A DNA stretch of 63,999 nucleotides, filler included, from Porpidia crustulata (GCA_964255105.1; 15 parts of 15 records of this genome joined end to end with filler, not necessarily neighbours in it), one strand, 5' to 3'. Positions 38,707 through 52,260 are shown, counted from the first letter of the whole stretch. The notes: generated by a model from the letters alone, not told the origin. Numbers and translations: made by a program.

Positions 38707-40994
38707 GGTTAGTGGTAATTACTTGAATAGCGACTACGTTACTCACCTTTGCCTGGTTGTCTGCAGCGCGGGTCAAAGGCTACAGGGTGAGTATATGATG
38801 TATAAGTATTTGTTATTGCTTGTGGGTGTGGACTGCCACTAGGCAGTCGCGGTGTGATACTGGTCGGTGGTGGCATTGTGGTAGGTACGGTATTTGGACT
38901 ATGTCTGGCCTCATTGGAGCCGTTTAAATCTCTGTTGAGCTGTACTGCACTCAGGGCCGGCGATATCCCTGGTCCTTCGCTCTTTACACCGTTCATTGAG
39001 GTTGCAGGATTCTCAGCGGAGCTACTTCTTGTCCTCTCTTGTGATAATCTATGAAGCGATGGGTTGGGCGCAGCCCCTGAACCTGAATGTGAGCTCCCAA
39101 AAGGGTTACGTGGACTAGGGCGAGTCGTTCCGTTGGTGGCTGTCGCTCCTTGGCCGTTTGCGCCGGCTTTCACGAGATCTTGTTGACGCTTCAAGGCTTC
39201 ATTATCGATGGCAACACCTGACGAGCTGTTTGACTTCTGGCCAAATCGAAGAGTGATCTTGGGGGTTGGTTCTGGAGATTTAGCAGATAATCTGAGTTTT
39301 ACTTTCGGTTGCGGTGGTTCTGCCACCACACGCTTCGCCTCTACCAAACGTCGAATAAAATATGCCTTGTATAGATGTTAGAAGATCGAAACTTTAGGTC
39401 AACGAATTTCATACCTCAAGCCGACCCGCCAACTTCGATATTTCACTACCGTCTTCGTTGTACTCTCGTGCGTTGTTCCAAATATAGCCAACCTCATCTT
39501 CAAACGCCTGCCAGCTCTTTAAAAGTGTCACGCCAGTGGGCTTCTCCCTTCCCTTAATTCCCCGTACCGCCTTTTGTGCACTCTTCAAGCAGACAGGATG
39601 CTTGATGACTCTGTAATAATCTCTAAGTTCGCGAGATGGCAGATTTATGAATGGTCCAGAAATCAGTTGGTCACTATTATCTAATTAGCAAACTTTCAAT
39701 CTTGCACGCTTGATGAACAGACTCTTCGTTTTTCAGATTGATAACCTCAGTCATGATCTTCTCCTGCGCTTGCTGGAAAGTATTACCTTCGAAGCCTTCT
39801 CCCGCACCTTCAGCATCCTGAACTACAGGTGTCGAACTTGCTCTCCGAGTACCAGCGTTCGCAGAAGACGTCGGCGCGACTCTATTTGGGCGCTCTGCAG
39901 GTTCAGTAACCTCTTCTGGGTCGGTCTCACCCTCGGCGTCCATATCGTGAACCTCTTCTTTCTGTTGCAGTCGATCTCTCCATCCATCAGGAACTGGAGT
40001 AGCGAACGGGGCATAGGAAGGATCGTTGTAGGCCGGATTATTCGCAGTCATCCAGGCAACGACCAGTTTGCGGATCTTTTCGGCATCCGAAAATACATCT
40101 GAGGATTTCTCATTGTACGACTTAGCATTACTCACCATGCGTCTAAGGTCGCATTCTAATGTCGTCAAGGTTGGATATTCGTGGCGATTCAATTTTGCCT
40201 GTGAATGTTGCACGCCTGTTAGCAAAATTCGGGCCAGAGCAGGACTTGGTCTTTAATCCCTAACGGGCAATTATTTTCCATATCCATCCTACGATTCGGT
40301 AATAGGGTAGAACAAGCATCGCTGACCTCAATCATATCCATAGCCATTGGGAGGCCGACTTGAAGGTAGTATTCCGGCATAGCATTCTGTTGAATACACG
40401 AATCAGCAATTAATTGATGTGTGTTCTACCTGAGCACGTTGGGGCACACCTTGTCAGGTAACGTCAAGAAATGTGTGACTATGAGCCGTGAGCTAGAATG
40501 AAGAATGTAAGCAAAGTCCATGGCCTGTAATTTGAGTAGATTGGATTATGTTGTACTCACCGCTTGTCGCGAGTTTGTCTGATCTGCTCTAAGAATCCCA
40601 GGCCTATCTCCGTGGTTGACTCTGGGGTTTCCGGAGTCTTCGAGGGGGTACAAATCAGCCATAACGGTCATTTCGGAGTCTGTTGCAGAAAGTGTGATGT
40701 CTGTTGCATGAAAAATGTAGCGTGGTCATGCGATTGAGGGCAAGATGAATTTCAGAGGTGCCATAGCTCTCGGAGGCCGTGTCGACCTAGCGAAATGCAA
40801 AATGGATACCGCTGGCTGAGGAACTTCTCTAACCCCTCGACCACTCCAACAACACCACCACAAGCAATGCGCGACAACCGAATAACGAAGTAAGAGCCAC
40901 GTACCGGTACCTTTCTTTTCTTCGCAGCAGGAGCGCCACCATCTTCGGCTGCAGCAGCACTCGTCCCTGAGGCCGCCTTTCGCTTCGCACTCAT
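38707..40994 (-). CDS. Tandem bromodomain chromatin-remodelling protein (Rsc4/polybromo-like), 3' truncated
   Basis: Two bromodomains: FLTLP..PEYY..PMAMD..RRMVSNAKSYNE and FINLPSRELRDYYRVIKHPV..IWNNAREYNEDGSEI. Confidence 0.85.
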
Positions 40995-41900
40995 ACTGAG
41001 GGATGCTTTATCGCGCACCGGCTGCGCAATCTAGCGACACGATGGACGATAATCCAGAGGGCTGAACCTGGCTTACAGTTCTGCTATCAGAGTAACAAGC
41101 TTTACGCTCTTCGAGAGTTGCGCTGGTACCTGAGATCCCGTGGGAATGACAGGCAAGCTTAAGACGAGCCTCACCCTGGTTCGGATCTGGTAGAAGGATC
41201 TCAGTCAACGCGATAAAAACCGTTCACTGTCGCGAAAGCTTCAAACACGACTTCACAATTGACTGGACGCGGTCGGTAATTAACAAAGGCCAATTATTCG
41301 TAGAATTTGCGATTTCTGATAGACTTCCCAACGAATAACAATGTCTGCGAGATTCAAGATCACCGGAGTTGAAAAGTGCGCTATCCATATTTCGTTAGGC
41401 TATACTGCTCGCTAGCTACTCGGTTAAATATGGCGAATCTTGACAGTTGAGATAGGCGTAACATTACTATATACAAATTAAGCGATAAAGCTTCCGTCGT
41501 TTGTTTACTCGTAAACCTCACTTCACACATACACCTCTCCATACACTGCTCAACCCTTTCAACCTCCTCTTCCCAACTTACTGGACTAGCTTTTAACTTT
41601 GATGAGCTTCAGATCTTTTGGTACCTTGAATAGAAGTTCCTTGTTGAGGATCTGCCTGTACCCCCTCCACAAAGTACTTTCTGGAACCTACAACACCATA
41701 GTGCTCGACTTCGTTCTTCTTTGATGGTGACACAGCATAAAAGCTCCAGATCTTAGGCTAATTCATCCTTCGCTCCGAAAGACGTATTATCTGCGCTGTG
41801 CTTGTATTGACAAGGTCTACGCGGTGATCGCGTGCTGAACCCCACCTTGGGCGTGGCTCACCGTCGGCAAGCAGAAATCGAAACCGATTAGCATCACATC

Positions 41901-42438
41901 ATGAACTCGCTCGACCATGATAGAAGAAACAAAAGTCCACGAATGCTTAGCGAGGGAGAGAGAGACCGCATTGACGAATTCATAGACTCCATACACTATT
42001 CGTCGAGGTAAGCTATTTGGCTTTCTCTGGAGTATCCTAGTCTGTTGTTTCTCAATAGCTAAGTCATCGCTTCTATAGGTATTCTGACAACGAATACGAA
42101 TATCGGCATGTCCAGCTTCCTAAGGAAATGTTGAAACGGATACCTAAGGATTACTTTGACCCTTCAAAAGGTACACTAAAGCTTCTATGGGAGGAAGAGT
42201 GGCGTGGACTCGGTATCACCCAGGTATGTCTCCCTATATTTATTCTGCTGTGTGGCAGATTCAGATTCTAACTCAGACTTCTTGGAGAGTCTTGGTTGGG
42301 AGCATTATGAAGTTCATGAGCCAGAACCACATATTCTATTGTTCAAGTAAGTTCACCAATGGCAAATGCGGCAATTTTCCAACTGATTGTTTTCTCAGGA
42401 GGCCGGTCAATTATCAGCCACCAGTAGCAGCACATTAA
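41901..42438 (+). CDS. cks1: Cyclin-dependent kinase regulatory subunit Cks1/Suc1, four exons (absent from the ORF track)
   Basis: Manual splice gives [18 protein letters not shown]...[21 protein letters not shown]...[35 protein letters not shown]. Confidence 0.96.
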
Positions 42439-45400
42439 TGCCGCCTTTACCTTTTTTCCCCCAATACCGACATTGCTCTACCGACTACCAAAAGAACACC
42501 ACGCTTTGGGAAATTAGAACAGCCAACGAAGTGTACATATTGAGCACCTCAGCCTATCTCCACGAGCTTCTGCTGAAAGGTGCAACGTGCCGCTGCCACA
42601 AGCTTTAGATTTAGCTCAAGTGCTGCCAAAAGCTACCAAAAGCTACCAAGAAGAAGCTCAAGACTAAAGAGGCAGGATGGGTCGCTGTGCCTCAAGTTAA
42701 TAGCTATCATATTTGGCCGATATTCGATATCACTATTCTGTCAGATACTTTGTCTTAGTCGAAGATCAAGATCAAGTTCATTTTACAGCTGTCCATCACT
42801 TCTGATTGAAGCTTTTGACGTTACAAAGAATAACGGGCGTCCCAAATTCCGTTTCCTGCCCCGCTATCTTCCTTCAAGATNNNNNNNNNNNNNNNNNNNN
42901 NNNNNNNNNNNNNNNNNNNNNNNNTTAATTAATTAANNNNNNNNNNNNNNNNNNNNNNNNNNNNNNNNNNNNNNNNNNNNGGTTTCGAGGGCGGGGGTTG
43001 ATGGTAAGGGATCAGACATCGAGCTATCATATTACATGGTAAAGTTATACTGCGTTTTCACAGTTGCATCCCGCGCGACAGCCAGATCAGCAGCCCATCA
43101 ACATCCTAAATATGTCCACCGTACAGTCTCTGCCGTGGAATGTCAGAGAAACGTGCGCATCGCATATATCTTTGAAACATTCCAGCGGATTTTTTCCGCG
43201 GTACTGTGTTTCGGACACTATCTATTCTGGAAACACCTAAGTCCACACGAGCAGTTTCCGTGTCTGTAGATCGAAGTGTCTGGTTTTTGAATGTGGTGGT
43301 CGATATGTGAGGCGGGATGGGACGGGTTCTGAATGTGAGGATCAGCAGATGGGACGGAAAGATCTGGGGTTGGGTGTTTCGGATTGGATAGATCGTGTCG
43401 GACAGTGAGCCATTCCTGCATGTCTGAGCTCGCTTGGAGGGACTAATGACATTGAAGCTTTCTTTGAAAGAGAAGTTCAGGAATAGATACTTAAGATTGC
43501 GGCGTGTAGGTCTGATCACCGGAGCTCCAACATCGCGTTGCTGTTGTTCAGGACGCCTTACTTCGGAGAAAGCTTGACCAAGCCGCAACGAAATGGTCTC
43601 TGTAGCATTGAGGCATGAATCTCGGCTTTCCCGTAACGTCTTGCTGCTCCCGGAAAAATAGCTTTCCTGAGCATTCCGACCAGCATCGAGGGATCGGAAT
43701 GTTATCGTGGGTTCGTTTAAACTTTTGGAAAAATTGAGATAGTGTGGACAATTTTCGTAGCGAAGAGAACCCTTTCTCGCATCCAATGCTCATCTTGCTT
43801 GACACGGATGGCATTTGACGATGTATTCTTGTCCCCGCCACTGACTGATTCGGAATTTGCGAGCTGGTAGTTACACTACAACTATATGCCCGCAGTCCAA
43901 GTGGAGGCCAACGCAGGGTTTGAGCTGGTCGAAAATATTGATCATGTCGAAGAGCGAAGGGCTCAAGAGTTGAAGTTAAGGCGGACCATCTATCAGGTAT
44001 ATCGATAGAACTCCACGATGTGGAAATAGAACGGGCTCTTCGTTAGGCGTTATGGTGTATCTCCTAGTCACGTCGTCAGTCGCAAGGTCAACAGGCTCGC
44101 ATTTTAGGCTGATCGCTGTACTAAAGCTGGCGAATACAACAAGGAGTGGACTCGGCGTGGTGGCGGCCCATCTTCCTGAAAGACATAGTCATAGAAATAA
44201 TCATGAGTGGAAGCGGTTGAGATTAAGAAAAATAGAGATGCTTGCGACAAAGATAGACCTCTCTGCTCTCGCTTGTGGCTGTCGGTTCTACCTTTGACGA
44301 AAGATGGATCTAGAAGGATTCGCCCGAGATACACTAATGAAGAGTTCGGAAGAGATTGAAAACACACGTTCCATTGAGAGACTGACGGGTGAAACGTGCT
44401 GGGTAGTTAGCCTTGAGGACCGTTTCACCCTTAACCCCCACCACTCGGTATCGAGCATGCTAGATTGCCTACATTGACTCTTCATCCTGCGCACAGAGGA
44501 ATTGACTTCATTTGGAACGATTCTTCGTAGCATTTTAGCCCGTCGATAGCAGTGGAGCGTTCCAAGCGAATACTCGGTAACACTGTGTTGGTACGCCTTT
44601 GCGCTGTTGGAACCTTGCGTACTCAACAATTGTCGTTATTCCCCGGATCGCCTTTGCCTGCGAGCGTTGGCCATAGATCGGAGTTTCGATATGTGGTTCG
44701 TCGTAGGCTGCACCTGGAGCTGGCCTAGTCATGTATGTACTGTCGGGTATCGGCAATCACTCAGCCATCCCATCGATTCGGGTAATCTCCGGATACAGAA
44801 GATGTCCCCAGACCCAGGAGAAGTGATCACGGACAATGTTCAGAGGCTTTTCTCGACAGCTCTACGAAGAGTCGACTTCGCGCTGTTAAGCCTGAGACAT
44901 TGCTTACTATCCGTCTCGATAAAAAATTCGTTCGAGGCGAAAGCGTGGATATCTGCTAGGAATTTCGGGCGATAAGCATGAGCCTATCATTTTATTCTCA
45001 TGTGTCTTAAATGAGGGCTTGCATACGCAATTTAAATTCAGACGCTGGAATCAGGAGTGAGAAAGCAGATTCCTTGTCGAGTCTCTTTTGGAAATTGTGA
45101 ATAAACGATCACTGGCTTTTCCCCGTAGCTATACTGCAAGACGAAAAGTATGCTTGATGGACTCGTTATTTTTCTTAACGCTACGCATGTACCTCTACAT
45201 TAGTAAATTCTGCTTGAGCCTTGTAGGTGTATTGCGACTGCACCGTTTTGGCCTTATTCAGAGTCCCCATGCATAACCATATTGAACTTGGCGATAATTA
45301 TACACGGGGTCTTAGATAGAAAGACTATGCATTACCCACGGCAGTGGGCCTGGGTTAGGTGCATTGGATTTGGAGCGAAGCGGTGTTACTTCACTGGCCC

Positions 45401-47575
45401 TTGCAGCCCATAATGTTGAACAACTATGGCAGTTATCGATGAACGAACCAAATGTTCGTCGAGCACTCTATCGCCAGCATGATTTGGGAAAGTCCAAATC
45501 TTGCTTTGCGATCCCATGGTAGCGAAGGGTGTGCGTAGGCGGAAATGTCTATTCAATCCGCTTGGCCAAGTCGTTTCATGGCTGCGACAAAGGCTTCACC
45601 ACCATCGTGATGGATGTCTGAACTACAAAATCCTCTGGTCGCTTCATGATTATTGGGGCACAGTTTGATGGGTCCCCCACAAGCTTATTTGGAACCCGTA
45701 TCTCTGGACCACGACAAAGGGTCTGGACACACCCGATAAGTGAGATTGCATGCAATGCCAGGCTGATCGAATCAGGGCGGCAACCAAAGCGTTAAGGTAA
45801 AGAGATTACTGACAGATAGGTAACCAATGAATTCACCCAAATGGTGGTTTTCATACTATCGCAATGCTAATCGTGGTGTCCATATGTAAAGATAAACATT
45901 ATGGCGAAGGAGAGTCCGCATGATTAAAGAGTGATGTTGGAAATTGCTTGGACGAGAACGATGCTATGAGATAGAGTAGGCCTTTCCCAGCTAAGCTTAT
46001 AGGCAATATGCACGTGAGCTGCAAGAACCTGACCAAAGATTAAATGTTCTTATTTGAACTTTGGTTCATACCGGATGCAACAATCTCAAACGCTGCAGCA
46101 TCTTCGGCATCCAGGTTATGAACATAAGGCCGCTTGCATTTTTAGAGTAGGAACTTCCCTATAAGACCGGAGAATTCTACTTTGGAGGCAGGAAGATCGC
46201 CGTAGAATTTCTCGCCATTGACTAATCTTGGTTTATAGCCTATGATCTGGTATGAATCTTCCACGAATCGTGGTTACTTACGAGGGCTATCCAGTTGCGG
46301 TGGCAGTAAGCTCGTCATTAAGAACGATCGTCATGATGTCAAAGGCGTCTCTTGGGGCTTCTAGAGGCTTTCGAGAAGGCTAGGATAGACACGATCACGC
46401 TCTTCATGGTGTAGGTTGGCAGGCCTCGTATGGGACAACAGTTTTAGACGCTGGGTCGTGGAGGTTGGGCGTCGGATGGCCTGAAAACGGAGGGTGCGGA
46501 ATGACTGGCGGACAGTCGATCGAAGGCCGCTAGAAGGCTGGTAGAAAAGTCGAAAGCTGGGGAGTCCGGCGATCGACGCGCTATCGAAGCATGATACCTT
46601 CTAGCAGTGTTCTAATTTGCTTCTAGCGTCCTTCTCGAATATCGCCTCCATACTAAACCCAGAGGTGGGGTAATCGAGTCAGCGACGCTGTCTTAAACCA
46701 CCAAACAAACAGAGACAGGGATAACACATTAGTGCAAACGTTTGGACGAATGACGAGAGGGAGCTTATAGGGTGACAGCAAGTCCCCAACGGCATCTCTG
46801 CGCTTGAAACTAACGCTGACCCAGATAGCCTATCACACCGGCGATGGAGAAGGCTGGGCGCCCACAAGCTACGCGACCAGGATATCCGCGATTAGGCAAT
46901 ACGCTTGATGCTCTCCCTCGAGACTACTACCTGCGATGCTCATGCGACTTGCGAGTCCCACACATGTAGCGCGCCGTTCAATCTCACGGGATGTGGGAGG
47001 ATTGTTCGGAATGGCGTAGAGTTACTCGCAAGTCTGTTGCACCGCCAATGATTGTCTTGTCTTCCCTAGGGCTCCCCCCCTGCAGTGATTCACCCAGCCC
47101 CGGCGTGTTTGATTTACTGCTTCACCTCGTCTCCACATGTCGGTTCCCCAACCANNNNNNNNNNNNNNNNNNNNNNNNNNNNNNNNNNNNNNNNNNNNTT
47201 AATTAATTAANNNNNNNNNNNNNNNNNNNNNNNNNNNNNNNNNNNNNNNNNNNNTACCATCTTGACTGTGGTTTAGCAGATCAGATTGGGAGTGTCGGAT
47301 ATCCTCAAAGAGCGAGTATGGACGTAAATTGGGGTGCGAACGGAGAAAGTTGGTGGAAGCTACCAACGTTTAGCGAACCTCTCGCTTAAGTGGTGTCGTG
47401 TGCGCTTAGTTAAGTTTCGCTAAATCACAAGTCCTTCAAAGTCCAGTCAAAGATTTCAACTTCCCCATAATTGATTTGAATTTCCATCTATCCCTCTTGC
47501 TAATTACGGAGTGAGTAGAGCTCAGGTACATTTGATAGTGACTGTGCGGATGAGATTCAAGAGTTGGAGTTCTCC

Positions 47576-48091
47576 TCACTTCAGCTGTTCTTGGGCCATC
47601 CGTACCAAAAACTGTATTCTTCTCTTCTCTCCCCTACAATCGTCCTTGGTGCTCGGATTCTGTGTATCCTGTACGTTCTGTGGGAAGTGATCCTTTACTT
47701 CCTGGCCATCGTTATACTTGGGTTGTGAGAACCAGATCTGACGGTCTCCGAGCAATTTAGCATAGGCGTGGACCGATGTGATTGGTTTGTCTTTCTCATC
47801 TGTAATCAAAAGGTTGACGTGAAGAGGATCAATCCTGCCGTCCGCTTTAGGGGTTGCATGTGGCTTTGATCTGTCAATTGATCAGCAAACCAACTATCTT
47901 TTCGATGAGCAAGAGAACTATTTTATCGCTGCAATCCTCGCATTCTTGAGTTCTGGAAAGGAGGTTTTAAGGGTTTCCATTCGGGTTTCTAACCTGCTCT
48001 CAATCATATTTTCATGCACCTCTTGAACACCAGTCGTACCTGATTTCCACATGAACCTCAAAAAACGCCCAACTCTCACCGTCCAGGACAT
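47576..48091 (-). CDS. Orphan two-segment hypothetical gene (possibly degraded)
   Basis: An ATG segment (MSWTVRVGRF...NARIA) and a downstream open frame (SKPHATPK...DPLHVNLLITD..SVHAY) are separated by an intron-like gap with a branch site and CAG acceptor but no canonical GT donor. Confidence 0.3.
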
Positions 48092-48500
48092 CTTGACTAA
48101 GATACAAAGTCTGTAGAGAATGAAAAGTTTTAGTTTCAGAAAGTAAAGCTATTTAGCTGGCTTATGTTGGTAGAAATGTAAGATGAGGCTATTGACATGA
48201 TAATGGACCATGCGTGGATGAGTAATCTTTTCAACTTTCCCGCACATCAGGCAAAACTTCACTCTCTATTGATCTGAACTCAACGGAATCAAATCAATAG
48301 GAGTCGCCCGCACTCCGACCCCTTCACTCCCAAAAACACTAGGTACTTACATCCCTTGCTCGACTCGGCGCCGTGGCGCCCAAGTCATGTACTCCCGGCC
48401 CGTCCCGAGAACCCTGATGAAAGTGATACATTTGCAATTCTATAATCGAGTACAGTACTGATCCCCATCGACACAATTTTAATGTCTATAGATTTCGTCC

Positions 48501-50035
48501 ATGCTACGCTCCCGTGTCTTGACTTCCGTTGCGTCGTTGCGCTTTCGTTTCCAACCGGTTCCCACCATGAATTTAACCAGTCACTCGCTTCCAACAAATG
48601 CTCTTCTCGAGGAGGAGCATAACCCTGATTATGATCCAAAGCGATTCTATCCCGCCAGGGTTGGGGAAACTATCCGAAAATATCAAATTATCTCCAAACT
48701 CGGATGGGGCACTGGCTCTACAGTCTAGCTTACAAGGGATACCAATCGGTGTGTATAATTATCTTTGGAGAATCACCCATAATAACCGTGTTTAGTTGGC
48801 TGTGGCAATCAAATCGTTACGTCGCGCTCAAAATCACTAATTGCTTCGAAAATGATAGAAAATCCGCAAGCGATGAGCTTGAGATGTCCAATCACATAGC
48901 AAAGATTGATTCTAGCCATCGAGGTCGAAAGTATATTAGGCTGGTTGACGAGTCGTTCTCAATACCTGGACCATTTGGCGAACATATAGCTCTGGTCTTT
49001 GCACCATTGAGAGAGCCCTTGTGGCTCCTTGGACGACATCTTGATAGTACTGGCGTGCTACCGTCAATTCTTCAAGCTTTCCTGAAGCTTTTCCTTGAAG
49101 GCCTTGACTACCTTCACTCCGAGTGCCATGTCATACATACTGGTAAGTACATCATGTGCCTCGCCCAAACAAGCGGACCGATGATGCTGATTACAAAGAC
49201 CTAAAATCCGATAATCTCTTGATACCCTTCGAGAACAGTTCCGTAATCGACGAGTATGTTAGCCGACAGAAAGTTGATCCATCTCTCTTCAAAGAAGTAG
49301 ATGGCCATCCCACATATCAATCAAAACCTGATTTCGGGCGCCTGAAGAAGGGTGTTCGACTGCTGAAGATAAGCGATTTCGGTGCCGCTGTGTTCGGTAA
49401 CGTTTTGACTCCCCATCGTTACGACATCCAACCCGATCAATTCAAGGCACCAGAGGTCATACTAAAGGCTGGCTGGACTTATAGCGCTGATGTCTGGAAT
49501 GTTGGCATGATGGTAAGTATACTATATCGTCCGTGTATACAAAACTACTAATGCCTGTTTTGTTCTGTAGCTGTGGGAACTTGCAGAGGAGAAATCACTT
49601 CTAGATGGACGAAGGCCTGGAAGGGCAGAATACTCTTGCGAGGCCCACTTTGCTCAAATGATTGGCCTGCTCGGGCCGCCACCGCAAGAATTACTAGCAC
49701 GAGCAGACAAAGCAGTATGCTCTCATCTATACAATGCGCAAGGTATGAGAAACTCCGCAGATAGCTACGTCTCCCTCGACAAGCCATGTCTGCGCTAACA
49801 TCTTGGCAACTTACGAGCCTACTTTTCAGGTGAATTCAGATTTCCAGAACTCATTCCCTCCAAGGAGTTTACCTTTTCGAATCTTACCCCCTTCCTCCAT
49901 GGAGAGGATAAACAGCTTTTCATCGACTTTGCAAGTAGAATGCTCCGATGGCTTCCAGAGGAACGGTCAACTGCGCAAGATTTAGTCAACGACCCTTGGC
50001 TCGACCTTTCCGTCGGAGATAAACCTGATAGGTGA
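48501..50035 (+). pseudogene. SRPK-like (CMGC) protein kinase with premature stop at 48726-48728
   Basis: KLGWGTGSTV*L, YVALKI, VIHTDLKSDN, KISDFG, IQPDQFKAPEV, WTYSADVWN and DPWL. The conserved STVW Trp codon reads TAG. Confidence 0.85.
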
Positions 50036-50138
50036 TCGTTGTGTCGTTTTAGGCAATTCTACCTTATTATAAATGGTATGATACCCGCTCGTTAGTCTTT
50101 CTCGATTACTGTATTTTTCCTGTACTTTTGACCTCACT

Positions 50139-51295
50139 ATGCCCCTCCGCACCGCCACAAAAACACTCAATAATGAATTCACAATGCTCACCTCCCTGAT
50201 TCGTCTACCAAAACTCCCTCCTGATCCTCGCTTTACAGTTGAAGATATCTACGCCTCCTCCGTCACGACCCTTTTTCCAGATGATGCGCAAACGCAACAC
50301 GGGGATGCTGGCTCCTATGTCATCTATAAATCGAAACGCTTTGGCGACTTGGAGTTCTGGCTCACAGATCCAAGCCTTGACCATGAACGGCAATTATTTG
50401 CCCATTTAGTATGGAACGCCGGAGTTCAGATGGCAGAGTATATCAGTGGCCTCGCTACTGGCGCGGAAGACGAATCTTGGGATATCACTGGCCACAAAGT
50501 ATTAGAGCTAGGTGCCGGTATGTAAATAGTCTAGCATGGAAATGTGGAGTATGAAGCTCATATGAAGCGTGAGAGTTAGGTACCGGTATCGCCAGCGTCA
50601 TCAGTGCTCTTAGTGGAGCTAGCCAAGTCACCATCTCAGATTACCCATCACCGGCAATTCTAGCGAACATTAATATCAACGTCGAGAAGAACGTTCCAGA
50701 GTACATTCGGACTAAGAACATCCACAATCACCAAACTTTATGGTATCGGGAAGTTCTATCGCGAACCCAGAATCCAGACAAAGTTGATCCGGAATTCCTT
50801 CGCATCGACAATCACAGCAGCATAAATGTCTATGGCCACAACTGGGGAGACCTGGCCGACCAACTCGCTCAAACACAAACAAAATCATTTACTCGGATCT
50901 TGGCGGCAGACTGTCTCTGGATGCCGGAAGAACACGGAAATCTCTTGGAGTCCATGCTGCATTTCCTATCCAGCAGTACAGAAGCCGAGATCTGGGTGAC
51001 CGCAGGATTCCACACCGGCCGTGCGAAACTCGTTGCTTTTTTCGATACCGCTGAGTCTATGAACCTTGAGGTTTCGCACATCTATGAAAGGGATGTGAAT
51101 GGCCGCGAGAGGGCTTGGAAGCGAGAACGAGATGGTGGGCTTGAGGACATTACGGAGAGGAAGAGATGGCTTGTTATAGCGGTACTGAAACGGAAATTGC
51201 TGGGGCCACAAGGATCAGCCAGTTCAGGAGAATCCATCGCGACCTTTGCACTTAGCTACGAAGAGAAAGACTCTACAATCACCCTTGTCGCCTAA
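50139..51295 (+). CDS. nnt1: Protein N-terminal/lysine methyltransferase, NNT1/EFM7-like (one intron near 50518-50579)
   Basis: LFAHLVWNAG, motif I VLELGAGTG, ISDYP, GHNWG, AADCLW and AGFHTGR. Confidence 0.85.
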
Positions 51296-51525
51296 GGCAA
51301 ATCAGGATGTCGTCTTGACCCGTAGCTTCCCCGCTACAGCATTTTCATCTGTGTCTTGCATGCTGTCTATAGCTCATCATATATCATAACCGCCAGCTCC
51401 AATCAGAAACCGTCCTCTCCACCCCNNNNNNNNNNNNNNNNNNNNNNNNNNNNNNNNNNNNNNNNNNNNTTAATTAATTAANNNNNNNNNNNNNNNNNNN
51501 NNNNNNNNNNNNNNNNNNNNNNNNN

Positions 51526-52260
51526 GATTTTCAGGCTCTGGTCGTCGGCGACCTCGCCGAAGACGACGTGTTTGCCGTCTAGCCAGCCGGTGATTACGGT
51601 GGTGATTAATAATTGGGATCCGTTGCTGTTTTTTTTTTTGGTGAGCGGAGTTAGTTTTCGGAGTGAATGGTTGAAGGGAAGGATGGTCATATGGAGATGT
51701 GCGAGGGGTTGGGGGGGGGGAGTTACGTGTTAGGCCCGGCGTTGGCCATTGACAGAAGCCCTGGCTTGGTGTGTTTGCGCGAAAAGTTCTCGTCGGCGAA
51801 TTTCTCGCCGTAGATTGATTTGCCGCCGGTGCCCTTTGTTGTCAGGTCAGAAAGGATTTGCAAATTTGGGGAAAAGGGTATATGGAAGTACTGACGTTTC
51901 CACGGGTGAAGTCACCACCCTGAAGCATGAACTGAGGGATCACACGGTGGAACTTAGACCCGGCATAGCCAAAGCCCTTTTCACCGGTACAGAGGGCACG
52001 GAAGTTCTCGGCGGTTTTGGGAACGACATCGTCATAAAGGGTGAAGTTAATACGGCCGGATTGGTCTGAGAGTAAAAATCAGTAATGATCGATGCTGGCT
52101 GATGTAGTATGTGGGGGCAGAGATATCTGGAGGGGTAATGGCCAGCTCGCCCCTCAACAAAACGAGCATATAACATACCTTTGACCTCCTTCGTAGGCTT
52201 ATTAGACGCATCAAGAACCGGGCCTTGCCAGGTAACGTCGAAGTAGGTCTTGATAGCCAT
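51526..52260 (-). CDS. Cyclophilin A-type peptidyl-prolyl isomerase, multi-exon, 3' truncated; possible N-terminal presequence reaching about 52380
   Basis: [56 protein letters not shown] and [12 protein letters not shown]. Confidence 0.93.

Noticed and set aside
42620..42665. Short CCAAAAGCTA repeats downstream of CKS1
   Set aside because: Only two to three degenerate copies in a 3' flank, with no further structure.
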